A program made the translations under genes and the position numbers. A stretch of DNA of 64,000 bases from Pseudobacter sp. (GTDB taxonomy: Bacteria; Bacteroidota; Bacteroidia; Chitinophagales; Chitinophagaceae), in NCBI RefSeq assembly GCF_051955275.1, contig NZ_JBQCGW010000294.1, positions 695 through 64,694 on the forward strand. Direction: 5' to 3'. Under the pieces are notes generated by a model. That model had not been told where the DNA came from. It did not search any database and saw nothing but the letters and a program-made list of their open reading frames with translations. Shown piece by piece: positions 42,298 through 51,476 of the stretch (its first letter is position 1; each line of letters begins with the position of its first letter).

Positions 42298-44118
42298 TTA
42301 TTTCACTTCCTGCATCTTCACCAGTTTGTGGTAGAAGCCTTCAATGGCAATCAGCTGGTCGTGCGTGCCACGTTCAACGATCTGACCACGCTGGAGCACA
42401 ATGATCTCGTCTGCATGACGGATGGTACTGAGCCTGTGTGCTATCACAATGCTGGTCCTGTTGGCCATCATCTTGTTGATGGCGTCCTGCACCAGTCTTT
42501 CGCTTTCGGTATCCAGTGAAGAAGTGGCTTCATCCAGGATGAGGATGGGAGGGTTCTTCAATACTGCGCGTGCGATGGTGACCCTTTGTCTTTCGCCGCC
42601 ACTCAGCTTGCTGCCGCGGTCACCGATATTGGTTTCGTATTGATCGTCTTTTTTGGAGATGAAATCATGGGCATTGGCAATTCCTGCTGCCTGCTCGATG
42701 TCTTCCTTTGTTGCATTGGGGCTGCCAAGTGCGATATTGCTGGCGATGGTATCATTGAACAGGATGGGCTCCTGTGTTACGATGCCGATCTGATCGCGCA
42801 GGGAAGTGAGTGAATAATCTTTGATATTCACGCCATCGATCAGTAATTCGCCGCTGCTCACATCGTGGAAGCGTGGCACCAGGTCGGCCAGGGTTGATTT
42901 ACCGGCGCCTGAAGAGCCCACCAGTGCAATGGTTTTGCCTTTGCCGATGGTGAGATTGATATTGTCGAGGATGGTTACATCTTCGTATTTGAAGCTTACA
43001 TTTTTGAACTCGATATGGTTGTTGAATGTGGTAAGCGGAATGGCTTTGGGAGACTCTTCCACTACAACCGGCGCTTTCAGGATCTCTTCAATACGTGCAA
43101 TCGCCGCACTGCCTTTCTGAACGTTATAGAATGCAGTGGATAAGGATTTCGCGGGATTAATGATCTGCGTAAAGAAAACGATGTACGTGATAAAAGCACC
43201 TGCAGTAAGACCATACTGATCACTCAATACCCAGCCACCGCCGATCCAGAGCAGGGCGCTGAGCACCAGTACTCCCATGAATTCAGAAAGAGGCGAAGCG
43301 AGGTCTTTACGGAAAGCCATCTTTACGCGGAGGTTATGCAGCAGGTTGCTGGACTTCAGGAAACGGCTGTTCAGTAATTTCTCAGCATTGAAAGATTTCA
43401 CAACCCTTAGCCCTGTAATGGTTTCATCCAGCACGGACAGGATGAGGCCCTGTTGTTCCTGCGCCTGGTTGGATTGTTTCTTCAGCTTGCGGCTGATGCG
43501 GCCGATGATGAAACCTGTGATTGGCAGCAGTACAACCACTACCAGGCTAAGCATCGGGCTGAGGAAGATAAGACAGAACAGGATGATGATGATATTCAAA
43601 GGATCGCGGATCAGGCCTTCCAGTGTACCGATGATGCTCCATTCGATCTCGTTCATATCGTTGCTCATGCGGCTCATGATATCGCCTTTGCGTTGCTCGG
43701 TGAAAAAGCCGATAGGCAGCTTCAGCACTTTGGCATACATATCGTCCCTGAGTTGCGTCATCACCCGGTTCCTTAACGGGATCATGATCCTGTAGGAGAG
43801 ATACAGGAAGAGATTCTTTAAAAGTATCGCTGTGATTACGGTGATACAGATAGCTGCAAGGGCAGCGGTCTTGTCGTAAGTATCAATAAGTTTGGTAAGC
43901 CCGTATTTCAGCAGGAGAATGATATATTTTGAACTGAACTCTGCTTCCGGCAAAACTCTAACGCCTTCTTCCTGTCCGAACAGGAGTTGCAGGAAGGGGG
44001 CCAGCATGGCCAGGGACACCAGTGAGAATATGATGGATAACAGGATAAAAATCAGATACAACAGAATCTTGCCCTTCTGGTTCCGGAGGTAAAAGAGAAT
44101 CGTGGAAAATCGCTTCAT
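42298..44118 (-). CDS. ABC exporter, fused permease/ATPase (MsbA-like)
   Basis: 606 aa. Six TM helices, then Walker A GSSGAGKST, signature LSGGERQRV and Walker B ILILDEATS. Confidence 0.85.
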   Translation of the reverse strand: MKRFSTILFYLRNQKGKILLYLIFILLSIIFSLVSLAMLAPFLQLLFGQEEGVRVLPEAEFSSKYIILLLKYGLTKLIDTYDKTAALAAICITVITAILLKNLFLYLSYRIMIPLRNRVMTQLRDDMYAKVLKLPIGFFTEQRKGDIMSRMSNDMNEIEWSIIGTLEGLIRDPLNIIIILFCLIFLSPMLSLVVVVLLPITGFIIGRISRKLKKQSNQAQEQQGLILSVLDETITGLRVVKSFNAEKLLNSRFLKSSNLLHNLRVKMAFRKDLASPLSEFMGVLVLSALLWIGGGWVLSDQYGLTAGAFITYIVFFTQIINPAKSLSTAFYNVQKGSAAIARIEEILKAPVVVEESPKAIPLTTFNNHIEFKNVSFKYEDVTILDNINLTIGKGKTIALVGSSGAGKSTLADLVPRFHDVSSGELLIDGVNIKDYSLTSLRDQIGIVTQEPILFNDTIASNIALGSPNATKEDIEQAAGIANAHDFISKKDDQYETNIGDRGSKLSGGERQRVTIARAVLKNPPILILDEATSSLDTESERLVQDAINKMMANRTSIVIAHRLSTIRHADEIIVLQRGQIVERGTHDQLIAIEGFYHKLVKMQEVK

Positions 44119-44181
44119 GGATTAAAATATAGATAAACAGCGCAAAGTAACTAATTTTACAACGATTAATCCGTTAAAGGA

Positions 44182-44559
44182 ATGCAAGAAGGTAAAAGAC
44201 AAAAACAGATAGCGGGCCTCCTGAACGAGGAATTGAACGATATTTTTCACAGGCTTGGCCTGAGTATGCTCGATGGGGGCATGGTTTCCATTTCCGGGGT
44301 GAAGCTGACCCCCGACCTGCTGGAAGCCCGGATCTACCTGAGCTTCTTCCAGGTAAAGGATGCCAAAACCGCCCTGAAAAAGGTGGAAGACAGGGCCTGG
44401 GAGATCAAGAAAGAGTTGACCAGCCGGGTGGCAAAGCAACTGCGCAGAATGCCTGAACTGAGGTTCTTCAGCGATGATACTCTTGACCACGTGTTTAAAA
44501 TGGAGGATCTTTTCCGCCAGATAAAAAAAGACGAAGAAGGAAACGCCGGGGAGCAATAG
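44182..44559 (+). CDS. rbfA: Ribosome-binding factor A
   Basis: 125 aa. ..RQKQIAGLLNEELNDIF.. and ..VKLTPDLLEARIYLS.. match the RbfA pattern. Confidence 0.85.
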   Translation: MQEGKRQKQIAGLLNEELNDIFHRLGLSMLDGGMVSISGVKLTPDLLEARIYLSFFQVKDAKTALKKVEDRAWEIKKELTSRVAKQLRRMPELRFFSDDTLDHVFKMEDLFRQIKKDEEGNAGEQ

Positions 44560-44590
44560 GCTCATCCCATCATTTATATAAACCCTTTGA

Positions 44591-45814
44591 ATGAATTTTC
44601 TTTTCGCCTGGCGCTATTTCAAAGCAAAGAAATCAACCAATGCCATCAATGTGATTGCCTGGGTAAGCATGATTGCCATCATGTGTATCACCTTTGCTTT
44701 CATTGTGGTGCTGAGCGTGTTCAATGGTTTTGAAGGGCTGGTGAAGAGTTTGTATTCATCTTTCTATACTGATATCCGCATTTCTGCCGCCAAAGGAAAG
44801 GTGATCACGCTCACGCCGGATCAACTGAAACAGCTGCGAAGCAATCCGCAGGTGGCCCATTACTCCCTGATGGCAGAAGAAAAGACGTTGCTGCTGAATG
44901 ACGGCATCCAGGTGATTGCAGATGTAAAGGGGGTAGACAGTAATTACAAGTATGTATCGGGCGTAGCCGAAAAAGTGTATCGTGGCAGCTTCCTCACCGG
45001 GAATGACGATTTCCCCACGCTGGTGCTGGGCAATGGCGTGGAAAACGCACTGGGCGTGGAAGCCGATAAAAATGTATTTCCACTTACCGTGTATCTTTTT
45101 CAGCGTGGTGCAACTATCAATACTACAGATCCCTACAGAAGCTTCGCAGGCTCCAATATAAATACGGCTGGCACTTTTATGATTCAGGCCGATATCGATA
45201 ACAAGTTTGCCATCACCAACCTGGCCTTCATGAAGCGCATGATGAACCTGGGGGCCGATGAGTACAGCGCTGTGGAAATTGCGCTGGTGGATGGCCGTAA
45301 GGCGGATCAGGTCAAGGCATCGCTGCAAACCCTTTTTGGAGCGAAATACAGAATTGAAACCAAGTATGAACAGAACAAAAGCCTGTATAGTGTAATGACG
45401 ATGGAAAAATGGGCTACCTACGGCATCCTCACACTGATGCTGATCGTAGCTGCATTCACCATGATCGGAGGCCTTACCATGCTGGTGCTGGAAAAGCAGA
45501 AAGATATCCAGGCGCTGAAAGCCATGGGGGCAGATAACAGGCTGATCCAGAAAATATTCCTCAGTGAAGGCCTCCTGCTGGCCGGCCTGGGCGCCGCAGC
45601 TGGTATTGTGCTGGCGCTGATCTTCTGCTGGGCCCAGGTGAAATTCAAGCTGATCCCGCTGGAAGGCGGCACTTTCCTGATCGATTACTATCCCGTAAAG
45701 ATCCTGCCGGAAGATTTCATCCTGATCCTGATCACGGTGATTTTTGTGGCAGTGCTGGCTTCGTGGTTCCCTTCCCGTAAGGCGGCGCTGCAGCCGATAG
45801 AACTCAAGACCTGA
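44591..45814 (+). CDS. FtsX-like ABC transporter permease (LolC/E-like)
   Basis: 407 aa. N-terminal TM helix, a large periplasmic loop (MacB-PCD-like), then three C-terminal TM helices. The rbfA-adjacent position is common in Bacteroidota. Confidence 0.8.
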   Translation: MNFLFAWRYFKAKKSTNAINVIAWVSMIAIMCITFAFIVVLSVFNGFEGLVKSLYSSFYTDIRISAAKGKVITLTPDQLKQLRSNPQVAHYSLMAEEKTLLLNDGIQVIADVKGVDSNYKYVSGVAEKVYRGSFLTGNDDFPTLVLGNGVENALGVEADKNVFPLTVYLFQRGATINTTDPYRSFAGSNINTAGTFMIQADIDNKFAITNLAFMKRMMNLGADEYSAVEIALVDGRKADQVKASLQTLFGAKYRIETKYEQNKSLYSVMTMEKWATYGILTLMLIVAAFTMIGGLTMLVLEKQKDIQALKAMGADNRLIQKIFLSEGLLLAGLGAAAGIVLALIFCWAQVKFKLIPLEGGTFLIDYYPVKILPEDFILILITVIFVAVLASWFPSRKAALQPIELKT

Positions 45815-45934
45815 TAACCTTCCCGATAGATGAAGTTCAAACCCCTGATCCGCGACGAAGTATTTACATGAACTCAAAGAGATAATGATAGAATTATTCA
45901 ATGGCCAACCATTGGAATGCTGATCTTACCGGCA

Positions 45935-45962
45935 TAAAAAAATCCCGGCGATTAGCCGGGAT
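45935..45962 (-). terminator. Terminator of the transketolase N-subunit gene
   Basis: Stem ATCCCGGC / GCCGGGAT with loop GATTA. A7 on the plus strand gives a T-tail on the minus strand. Confidence 0.8.
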
Positions 45963-45988
45963 CTGTATGAATGAATTGTGATCATTTC

Positions 45989-46825
45989 TTAGTAATCTCC
46001 GAGTGTTTCGGGAAGTTGGGCCAGGGCCTTTGCCAGTTGCTCGTCGTTAGGGGCGATGCCATGCCATTCGTGTGAGCCTTGCATGAAGTCAACACCTGCA
46101 CCCATAGCCGTTTTCATGAGAATAACGATGGGTTTTCCTTTTCCAACGAATGTTTTGGCCTGTTCCAGGGCGGCAACCACTTTGTCAACATCATTACCTT
46201 CATTGAGATGGATCACTTCCCATCCGAATGCCTGGAATTTGGCGCCGAGATCGCCCAGTTTCATCACCACATCCGTAGGTCCGTCGATTTGTTGTCCATT
46301 CCAATCTACAGTAGCGATCAGGTTATCTACTTTTTTATGGGCAGCGAACATGATGGCTTCCCAGTTCTGGCCTTCATCAAGCTCACCGTCACCTGTAAGT
46401 GCAAATACCAGGTTCTTTTCTCCGTTGAGTTTCTTTGTGAGTGCGGCTCCTATTGAAACACTGAGTCCCTGACCGAGGGAACCGGATGCCATACGGATAC
46501 CGGGAAGGTGCTCGTGAGTGGCGGGGTGGCCCTGGAGACGGGAGTTCAGCTTGCGGAAGGTGGCAAGTTCTTTGATATCAAAATACCCGGATCTGGCCAG
46601 GGTGGAGTAGAAAACCGGGCTGATATGTCCGTTAGACAGGAAGAAGACATCTTCATTGGTTGCGTTCATATTGAACGCCGGATTGTGTTGCATTACTTTG
46701 AAATATAACGCAGTAAAGTAGTCGGCGCAACCAAGGGAACCACCGGGGTGTCCGCTTTGGGAACCATGAACCATTCTGACAATATCCCTTCGGATCTGTG
46801 AGGCGATGTCTTTTAATGCTGGCAT
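45989..46825 (-). CDS. Transketolase, N-terminal (TPP-binding) subunit of a split enzyme
   Basis: ..GHPGGSLGCADYF.. and ..GDGELDEGQNWEA.. are TPP-binding motifs. The ~279-aa length equals only the N-terminal third of a full transketolase. I prefer the ATG at 46825. Confidence 0.85.
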   Translation of the reverse strand: MPALKDIASQIRRDIVRMVHGSQSGHPGGSLGCADYFTALYFKVMQHNPAFNMNATNEDVFFLSNGHISPVFYSTLARSGYFDIKELATFRKLNSRLQGHPATHEHLPGIRMASGSLGQGLSVSIGAALTKKLNGEKNLVFALTGDGELDEGQNWEAIMFAAHKKVDNLIATVDWNGQQIDGPTDVVMKLGDLGAKFQAFGWEVIHLNEGNDVDKVVAALEQAKTFVGKGKPIVILMKTAMGAGVDFMQGSHEWHGIAPNDEQLAKALAQLPETLGDY

Positions 46826-47072
46826 AAACAGTTCTTTAAAATGTGGTGGCAAAACTACAAGAAATTGTAGACCAACTGATGAACTCTATCAAACTTTTCT
46901 TTATTTTTGCTCTCCAATTGCCCGCCTTAAACAATAAAGTTGCCTGAATTGAAGTTCATTATAGCGAAAGTGCTGTAGTTTGGAACTTGGCATCGATTTT
47001 GCCCCAACCGGCCAGATTAGCAGCACGTAGATATTATAAAGACAAATATTTAGGAAACCAAAACCAGGGCTG

Positions 47073-48206
47073 ATGTTTGATGTATTACTTTCTATAGCTA
47101 TATCTTTTACTGTCACATTTCTAGCTATCCCTGTAATTATTACAGTGGCCGAAAGAAAGAAACTGTACGACATACCGGATGAGCGCAAGGTGCATCACAC
47201 GCCAATTCCTTCACTGGGTGGTTTGGGTATTTTTGCCGGCTTCATTCTTGCCTGTCTGATCTCCATTCAATTTCAGAAATCAACCGAGATGCAGTATTTC
47301 CTGGCTGCAGCCTTTGTTATATTTTTCCTCGGTCTGAAAGATGATATCCTGGTTATTTCCCCTATCAAAAAATTCATTGGTCAGGTGCTTGCTGCATTCC
47401 TGATCGTTTATAAAGGAGGCGTACAACTCTCCAGCATGCATGGTTTCATGGGAATCCATGAACTGCCTGAATCTTTCAGCCTGCTGCTGACCTACCTCAC
47501 GGTGATCGTTATCATCAATGCTTTCAACCTCATTGACGGTATCGACGGACTGGCGGGTAGCCTGGGTTTGATGACTTCCATCATTTTCGGCTTCTATTTC
47601 TTACAGAATAACATGACCGGTTATGCGATCCTGGCCTTTTCCCTGGCCGGCAGCGTGGCGGCCTTCCTCATCTTCAATTTCCAGCCCGCAAAAATATTCA
47701 TGGGGGATACGGGATCGCTGATGATAGGGCTGATCACTTCCATACTGGCCGTAAAATTCATTGACGCAGCCAATGCTACCGATGTGGCCTACCCGCTGAT
47801 AGCATCGCCTGCCATAGCATTTACCATCATGATGATCCCTTTGCTGGATACATTAAGAGTATTTGCTATCCGTATCTTCAACCGCCGTTCCCCGTTCAGC
47901 CCTGACAGGAACCATATTCACCACCTGTTGTTAGACAGGGGCCTTTCTCACCGTAATATCACGCTGAGCCTGGTTGCCGTGAATCTCCTGTTCATTGTAG
48001 CTGCTTATGGTATGCGCAACTATGGTTGTACCTGGATCATCCTTGGAGTGGTTGCTTTCTTTTTCTCCGGCATTGCCGCCCTGTACTACACCCGTCCTCA
48101 GCCCCGCCTCTTTGTGGCCAGGTCTTTGGAAAAGGATATCAAGGAGAAAGGAACCACCAAGATCGTTCCCCTTACCAAGGATACCATTCTCGAACACAAG
48201 AATTGA
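47073..48206 (+). CDS. Polyprenyl-phosphate N-acetylhexosamine-1-phosphate transferase (MraY/WecA family, GT4)
   Basis: Motifs NLIDGIDGLA and FMGDTGS, with about 10-11 TM helices. Confidence 0.8.
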   Translation: MFDVLLSIAISFTVTFLAIPVIITVAERKKLYDIPDERKVHHTPIPSLGGLGIFAGFILACLISIQFQKSTEMQYFLAAAFVIFFLGLKDDILVISPIKKFIGQVLAAFLIVYKGGVQLSSMHGFMGIHELPESFSLLLTYLTVIVIINAFNLIDGIDGLAGSLGLMTSIIFGFYFLQNNMTGYAILAFSLAGSVAAFLIFNFQPAKIFMGDTGSLMIGLITSILAVKFIDAANATDVAYPLIASPAIAFTIMMIPLLDTLRVFAIRIFNRRSPFSPDRNHIHHLLLDRGLSHRNITLSLVAVNLLFIVAAYGMRNYGCTWIILGVVAFFFSGIAALYYTRPQPRLFVARSLEKDIKEKGTTKIVPLTKDTILEHKN

Positions 48207-48226
48207 GTCCCTTCACATAAATCTAA

Positions 48227-48271
48227 AGGGTCTTTTACGTTCTTATGAATTGTAAAAGACCCTGATTTATT
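48227..48271 (+). terminator. Terminator of the WecA-like gene
   Basis: A 12-bp perfect stem AGGGTCTTTTAC / GTAAAAGACCCT, followed by GATTTATT. Confidence 0.7.
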
Positions 48272-48312
48272 AAAATCTCATCCGTTCTCTGTGCAAATTT
48301 TCTGATTTGACG

Positions 48313-48320
48313 TAGGTTTG
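48313..48320 (+). promoter_or_regulatory. Candidate -7 box (TAGGTTTG) of frr
   Basis: Perfect TAnnTTTG match ending 24 nt upstream of the frr ATG. Confidence 0.5.
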
Positions 48321-48343
48321 CAACGCACTTAATTCATACAAAT

Positions 48344-48907
48344 ATGTCAGACGAGTTAATAACCATCCAGGACCATGCTGAAGAAGCCATGGATAAGGCC
48401 ATTAATCACCTTGAAGCCGAATTGATCAAAGTACGTGCAGGAAAGGCCAACCCTAACCTGGTAGAAGGTATAGTTGTTGATTACTACGGAACCCCCACAC
48501 CTATCAGCCAGGTGGGAAATATAACTGTGGCAGATGCCAGAACGCTGGCCATTCAGCCCTGGGAAAGGAATATGCTTCAGCCGATCGAGCGCGCTATCAT
48601 CAACGCCAATATTGGTGTTACGCCCCAGAACGATGGTATGATCATCCGCCTCTTTATGCCGCCACTCACTGAAGAACGCCGTAAAGAACTGGTGAAACGT
48701 GCACAGGGAGAAGGGGAAAATTCAAAAGTTGCCATCCGCAATATCCGCAGGGATGGTATCGAAAAGATCAAGAAACTGCAGAAGAACGGCCTGAGCGAAG
48801 ATATTTGTAAAGATGCCGAGAAGAATGTACAGGACCTCACAGACAAATACATCGCGCTGGTGGATAAACACCTTACTGCAAAGGAAAAAGAGATCATGAC
48901 TGTTTAA
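48344..48907 (+). CDS. frr: Ribosome recycling factor
   Basis: 187 aa. ..LIKVRAGKANPNLVEGI.., ..PPLTEERRKELVK.. and ..IRNIRRDG.. are classic Frr motifs. Confidence 0.95.
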   Translation: MSDELITIQDHAEEAMDKAINHLEAELIKVRAGKANPNLVEGIVVDYYGTPTPISQVGNITVADARTLAIQPWERNMLQPIERAIINANIGVTPQNDGMIIRLFMPPLTEERRKELVKRAQGEGENSKVAIRNIRRDGIEKIKKLQKNGLSEDICKDAEKNVQDLTDKYIALVDKHLTAKEKEIMTV

Positions 48908-48929
48908 CAACAGCCACGCATAAATTATG

Positions 48930-48962
48930 GAAGGCTGTCTCTAAGGGACAGCCTTCTTTTTT
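48930..48962 (+). terminator. Terminator of frr
   Basis: Stem GAAGGCTGTC / GACAGCCTTC, followed by T6. Confidence 0.85.
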
Positions 48963-49033
48963 ATACGCTCTCAACAAATAGGTACATCAGCAATTCCTGA
49001 AAATGATCTACCTTAAATATCTCAAAAGCAGCT

Positions 49034-49783
49034 ATGGGAAAAACTTTACTATCATCCATCAGTACCCGCGCTCCGAAAGAGTTGGATAAGGCGGCCACCA
49101 AGGCCAAGACCACGGCCATTCTGCAGAAGCTGAATGAACTGCAGAATCTTCTCTATGCAGAATCAAAACATGCTATCCTCGTTGTGATACAGGGCATGGA
49201 TGCAAGCGGAAAGGACGGTGTGATCCGCAATGTATTCGGGCAACTCAACCCGCAGGGAGTTACGGTAAAGAGTTTTAAAGTGCCTACTGCTGAAGAGCTT
49301 TCACACGACTTCCTCTGGCGTGTGCACAATGCCGCTCCGGCCAAAGGCATGATTCAGATCTTCAACCGCTCCCAGTATGAAGATATCCTGGTGACCCGCG
49401 TTCATGGGATCATTGACGATGCTATCGCTAAAAAACGCATGAAAGCCATCAATGATTTTGAGCAACTGCTCACGGAGCACAACAGCACCAGTATCCTGAA
49501 ATTCTATCTCCATGTATCTCCTGAAGAACAACAGCAGCGCCTCAAAGAACGCCTGGATGATCCGGCCAAACAATGGAAGTACAACGCCAATGATTTTGAG
49601 GAAGCGAAGAAGTGGGACGACTATATGCGTATGTATGAAGATGCCTTCCAGCATTGCAACGATGTACCCTGGACGATTGTGCCTGCTGATCAGAACTGGT
49701 ACAAGGAATACCTGATTGCCAGTACCCTGCTTGAAACATTGCAGCGCCTGAACATGAAATTTCCCGGTTTGAAGAAAGACTGA
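49034..49783 (+). CDS. Polyphosphate kinase 2 (PPK2) family protein
   Basis: P-loop VVIQGMDASGKDG and a lid-module pattern typical of PPK2. 249 aa. Confidence 0.8.
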   Translation: MGKTLLSSISTRAPKELDKAATKAKTTAILQKLNELQNLLYAESKHAILVVIQGMDASGKDGVIRNVFGQLNPQGVTVKSFKVPTAEELSHDFLWRVHNAAPAKGMIQIFNRSQYEDILVTRVHGIIDDAIAKKRMKAINDFEQLLTEHNSTSILKFYLHVSPEEQQQRLKERLDDPAKQWKYNANDFEEAKKWDDYMRMYEDAFQHCNDVPWTIVPADQNWYKEYLIASTLLETLQRLNMKFPGLKKD

Positions 49784-49852
49784 ACAAGCCCTGCCGTCTA
49801 ACCGAAATCCACAAGGTGGAAATCAATATATGGCTTACAATTATATATTATA

Positions 49853-49860
49853 TAGTTTTG
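49853..49860 (+). promoter_or_regulatory. Candidate -7 box (TAGTTTTG) of mscL
   Basis: Perfect TAnnTTTG match 36-42 nt upstream of the two candidate ATGs. Confidence 0.45.
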
Positions 49861-49895
49861 CCATGGTTGCATTATTCAATTAAAAATCTATCTAT

Positions 49896-50276
49896 ATGGG
49901 AATGCTTAAAGAATTTAAGAATTTTGCACTGAAAGGCAATGTAGTGGACCTTGCAGTTGCTGTAATTATCGGTGGCGCTTTCGGAACCATCGTTTCCTCC
50001 CTTGTTGACGATGTGATCACCCCACTGCTGCTCACACCTGCGTTGAAGTTTGCCAATGCTGAAAATATCGACAAGCTTACATGGGGCGCAGTGCATTACG
50101 GAAAATTCCTCTCCGCTGTTATCAAGTTCATCATTATTGCATGGATATTATTCCTGCTGGTCCGTGGTATGAAAAAGCTCACAGACAAAAAAGATGAAAC
50201 ACCGGCAGCACCTCCTGCTCCTACAGCAACAGAGAAATTACTCATGGAGATCAGGGATGAGCTGAAGAAAAAGTAA
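49896..50276 (+). CDS. mscL: Large-conductance mechanosensitive channel
   Basis: MLKEFKNFALKGNVVDLAVAVIIGGAFGTIV.. is the MscL N-terminus. The start is 49896 or 49902. Confidence 0.93.
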   Translation: MGMLKEFKNFALKGNVVDLAVAVIIGGAFGTIVSSLVDDVITPLLLTPALKFANAENIDKLTWGAVHYGKFLSAVIKFIIIAWILFLLVRGMKKLTDKKDETPAAPPAPTATEKLLMEIRDELKKK

Positions 50277-50299
50277 CTAACCCTCATTAATATTCGATT

Positions 50300-51346
50300 A
50301 TGCGAAAACTCTTGCTCTTAGGCGCATTCAGTTTGTCATTGTATAGCGTGAAAGCCCAGGACCCGGGCGTAAAGGAAATGAAATCCACTTCTGAAAAAAC
50401 GGTGGCCATCGATACCTCTCACAAAAGCGGATGGAGAAAAGGTGGCATCTTTTCCCTTAATGTTGGCCAGGGAAGCAGTAAAAACTGGGCGGCAGGCGCC
50501 GAGAAATTCTCTTTCTCCACAGCAGCGGGCCTCAGTCTCTTTGCCAATTACAGGGATGGTAAATTCTACTGGAACAATAACCTCGATCTCGGTTATGCCA
50601 TTGTGAACACCACATCACTTGGTAACCGTAAAACAGATGATAAGATCGATTACTTCACCAAACTGGGCCATGACCTCACCAAAACCCTGAGTCTTTCAGG
50701 TGTTGTAAACTTCAGGTCGCAGTTCACTAATGGGTACGATTATACCTATCTCGGAAAGGATACTTACAAGCGCAGGACTTCCTCCTTCATGGCGCCGGGC
50801 TACCTGATTGTGGCGCCGGGTCTGGACTGGCACCCTGTTCCCTATTTCAGCCTGTTCGTTTCTCCAATTTCAGCGCGTATGGTATTTGTGACCAGCCCCT
50901 GGAGCTATTATTTTCCGGATGGCGTGATCCCGGTGGATGACGGCGGCGGCTTTGAAAAGCCCCTGGCTACCCTCTACGGCGTTGATCCGGGCCAGAAAGT
51001 AAGAGCTGAAATGGGCGGTTTTGCCTCAGCCAACTTTGCCAAGGAGATCATGAAGAACGTAACCATCAAAAGCCGTCTCGATCTCTATTCCAACTATCTG
51101 AGTACCTACCGCTATACACCTACCGGTCCCCGCCAGGTATTGAAAGAAAAGCTGGAGGCCAAGCCTCAGAACGTGGACGTATTCTGGACCAACCTTATTT
51201 CCATGAAGGTCAATAGATTCCTGAATGTTACGTATAACTTTGACCTCATATATGATGATGATGTAAGGCAGTTCGGTCCGGAAAACACTTCGGCCGGAAC
51301 CCAGATCAGATCATTGCTCAGTGTGGGTTTTTCAGCAAAATTCTAA
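50300..51346 (+). CDS. Outer-membrane beta-barrel protein (DUF3078-like)
   Basis: Signal peptide, alternating beta-strand pattern and a terminal ..LSVGFSAKF (aromatic C-terminus). The DUF3078 assignment is from memory of the family pattern. Confidence 0.55.
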   Translation: MRKLLLLGAFSLSLYSVKAQDPGVKEMKSTSEKTVAIDTSHKSGWRKGGIFSLNVGQGSSKNWAAGAEKFSFSTAAGLSLFANYRDGKFYWNNNLDLGYAIVNTTSLGNRKTDDKIDYFTKLGHDLTKTLSLSGVVNFRSQFTNGYDYTYLGKDTYKRRTSSFMAPGYLIVAPGLDWHPVPYFSLFVSPISARMVFVTSPWSYYFPDGVIPVDDGGGFEKPLATLYGVDPGQKVRAEMGGFASANFAKEIMKNVTIKSRLDLYSNYLSTYRYTPTGPRQVLKEKLEAKPQNVDVFWTNLISMKVNRFLNVTYNFDLIYDDDVRQFGPENTSAGTQIRSLLSVGFSAKF

Positions 51347-51368
51347 ACAGGATATTTCATACATTTGT

Positions 51369-51408
51369 CGCCTGCCGTTTCCGCAAGGAGCAGCAGGCGG
51401 CTTTATTT
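51369..51408 (+). terminator. Possible terminator after the beta-barrel gene
   Basis: A 7-bp stem CGCCTGC / GCAGGCG with a 17-nt loop, then GCTTTATTT. Weak. Confidence 0.35.
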
Positions 51409-51476
51409 CCGGGGGTGCAGCCCGTGCGTGATCCTGAAAGGCAGGCTGGCATTCCGGAAGATTCCAAATTACCAGT

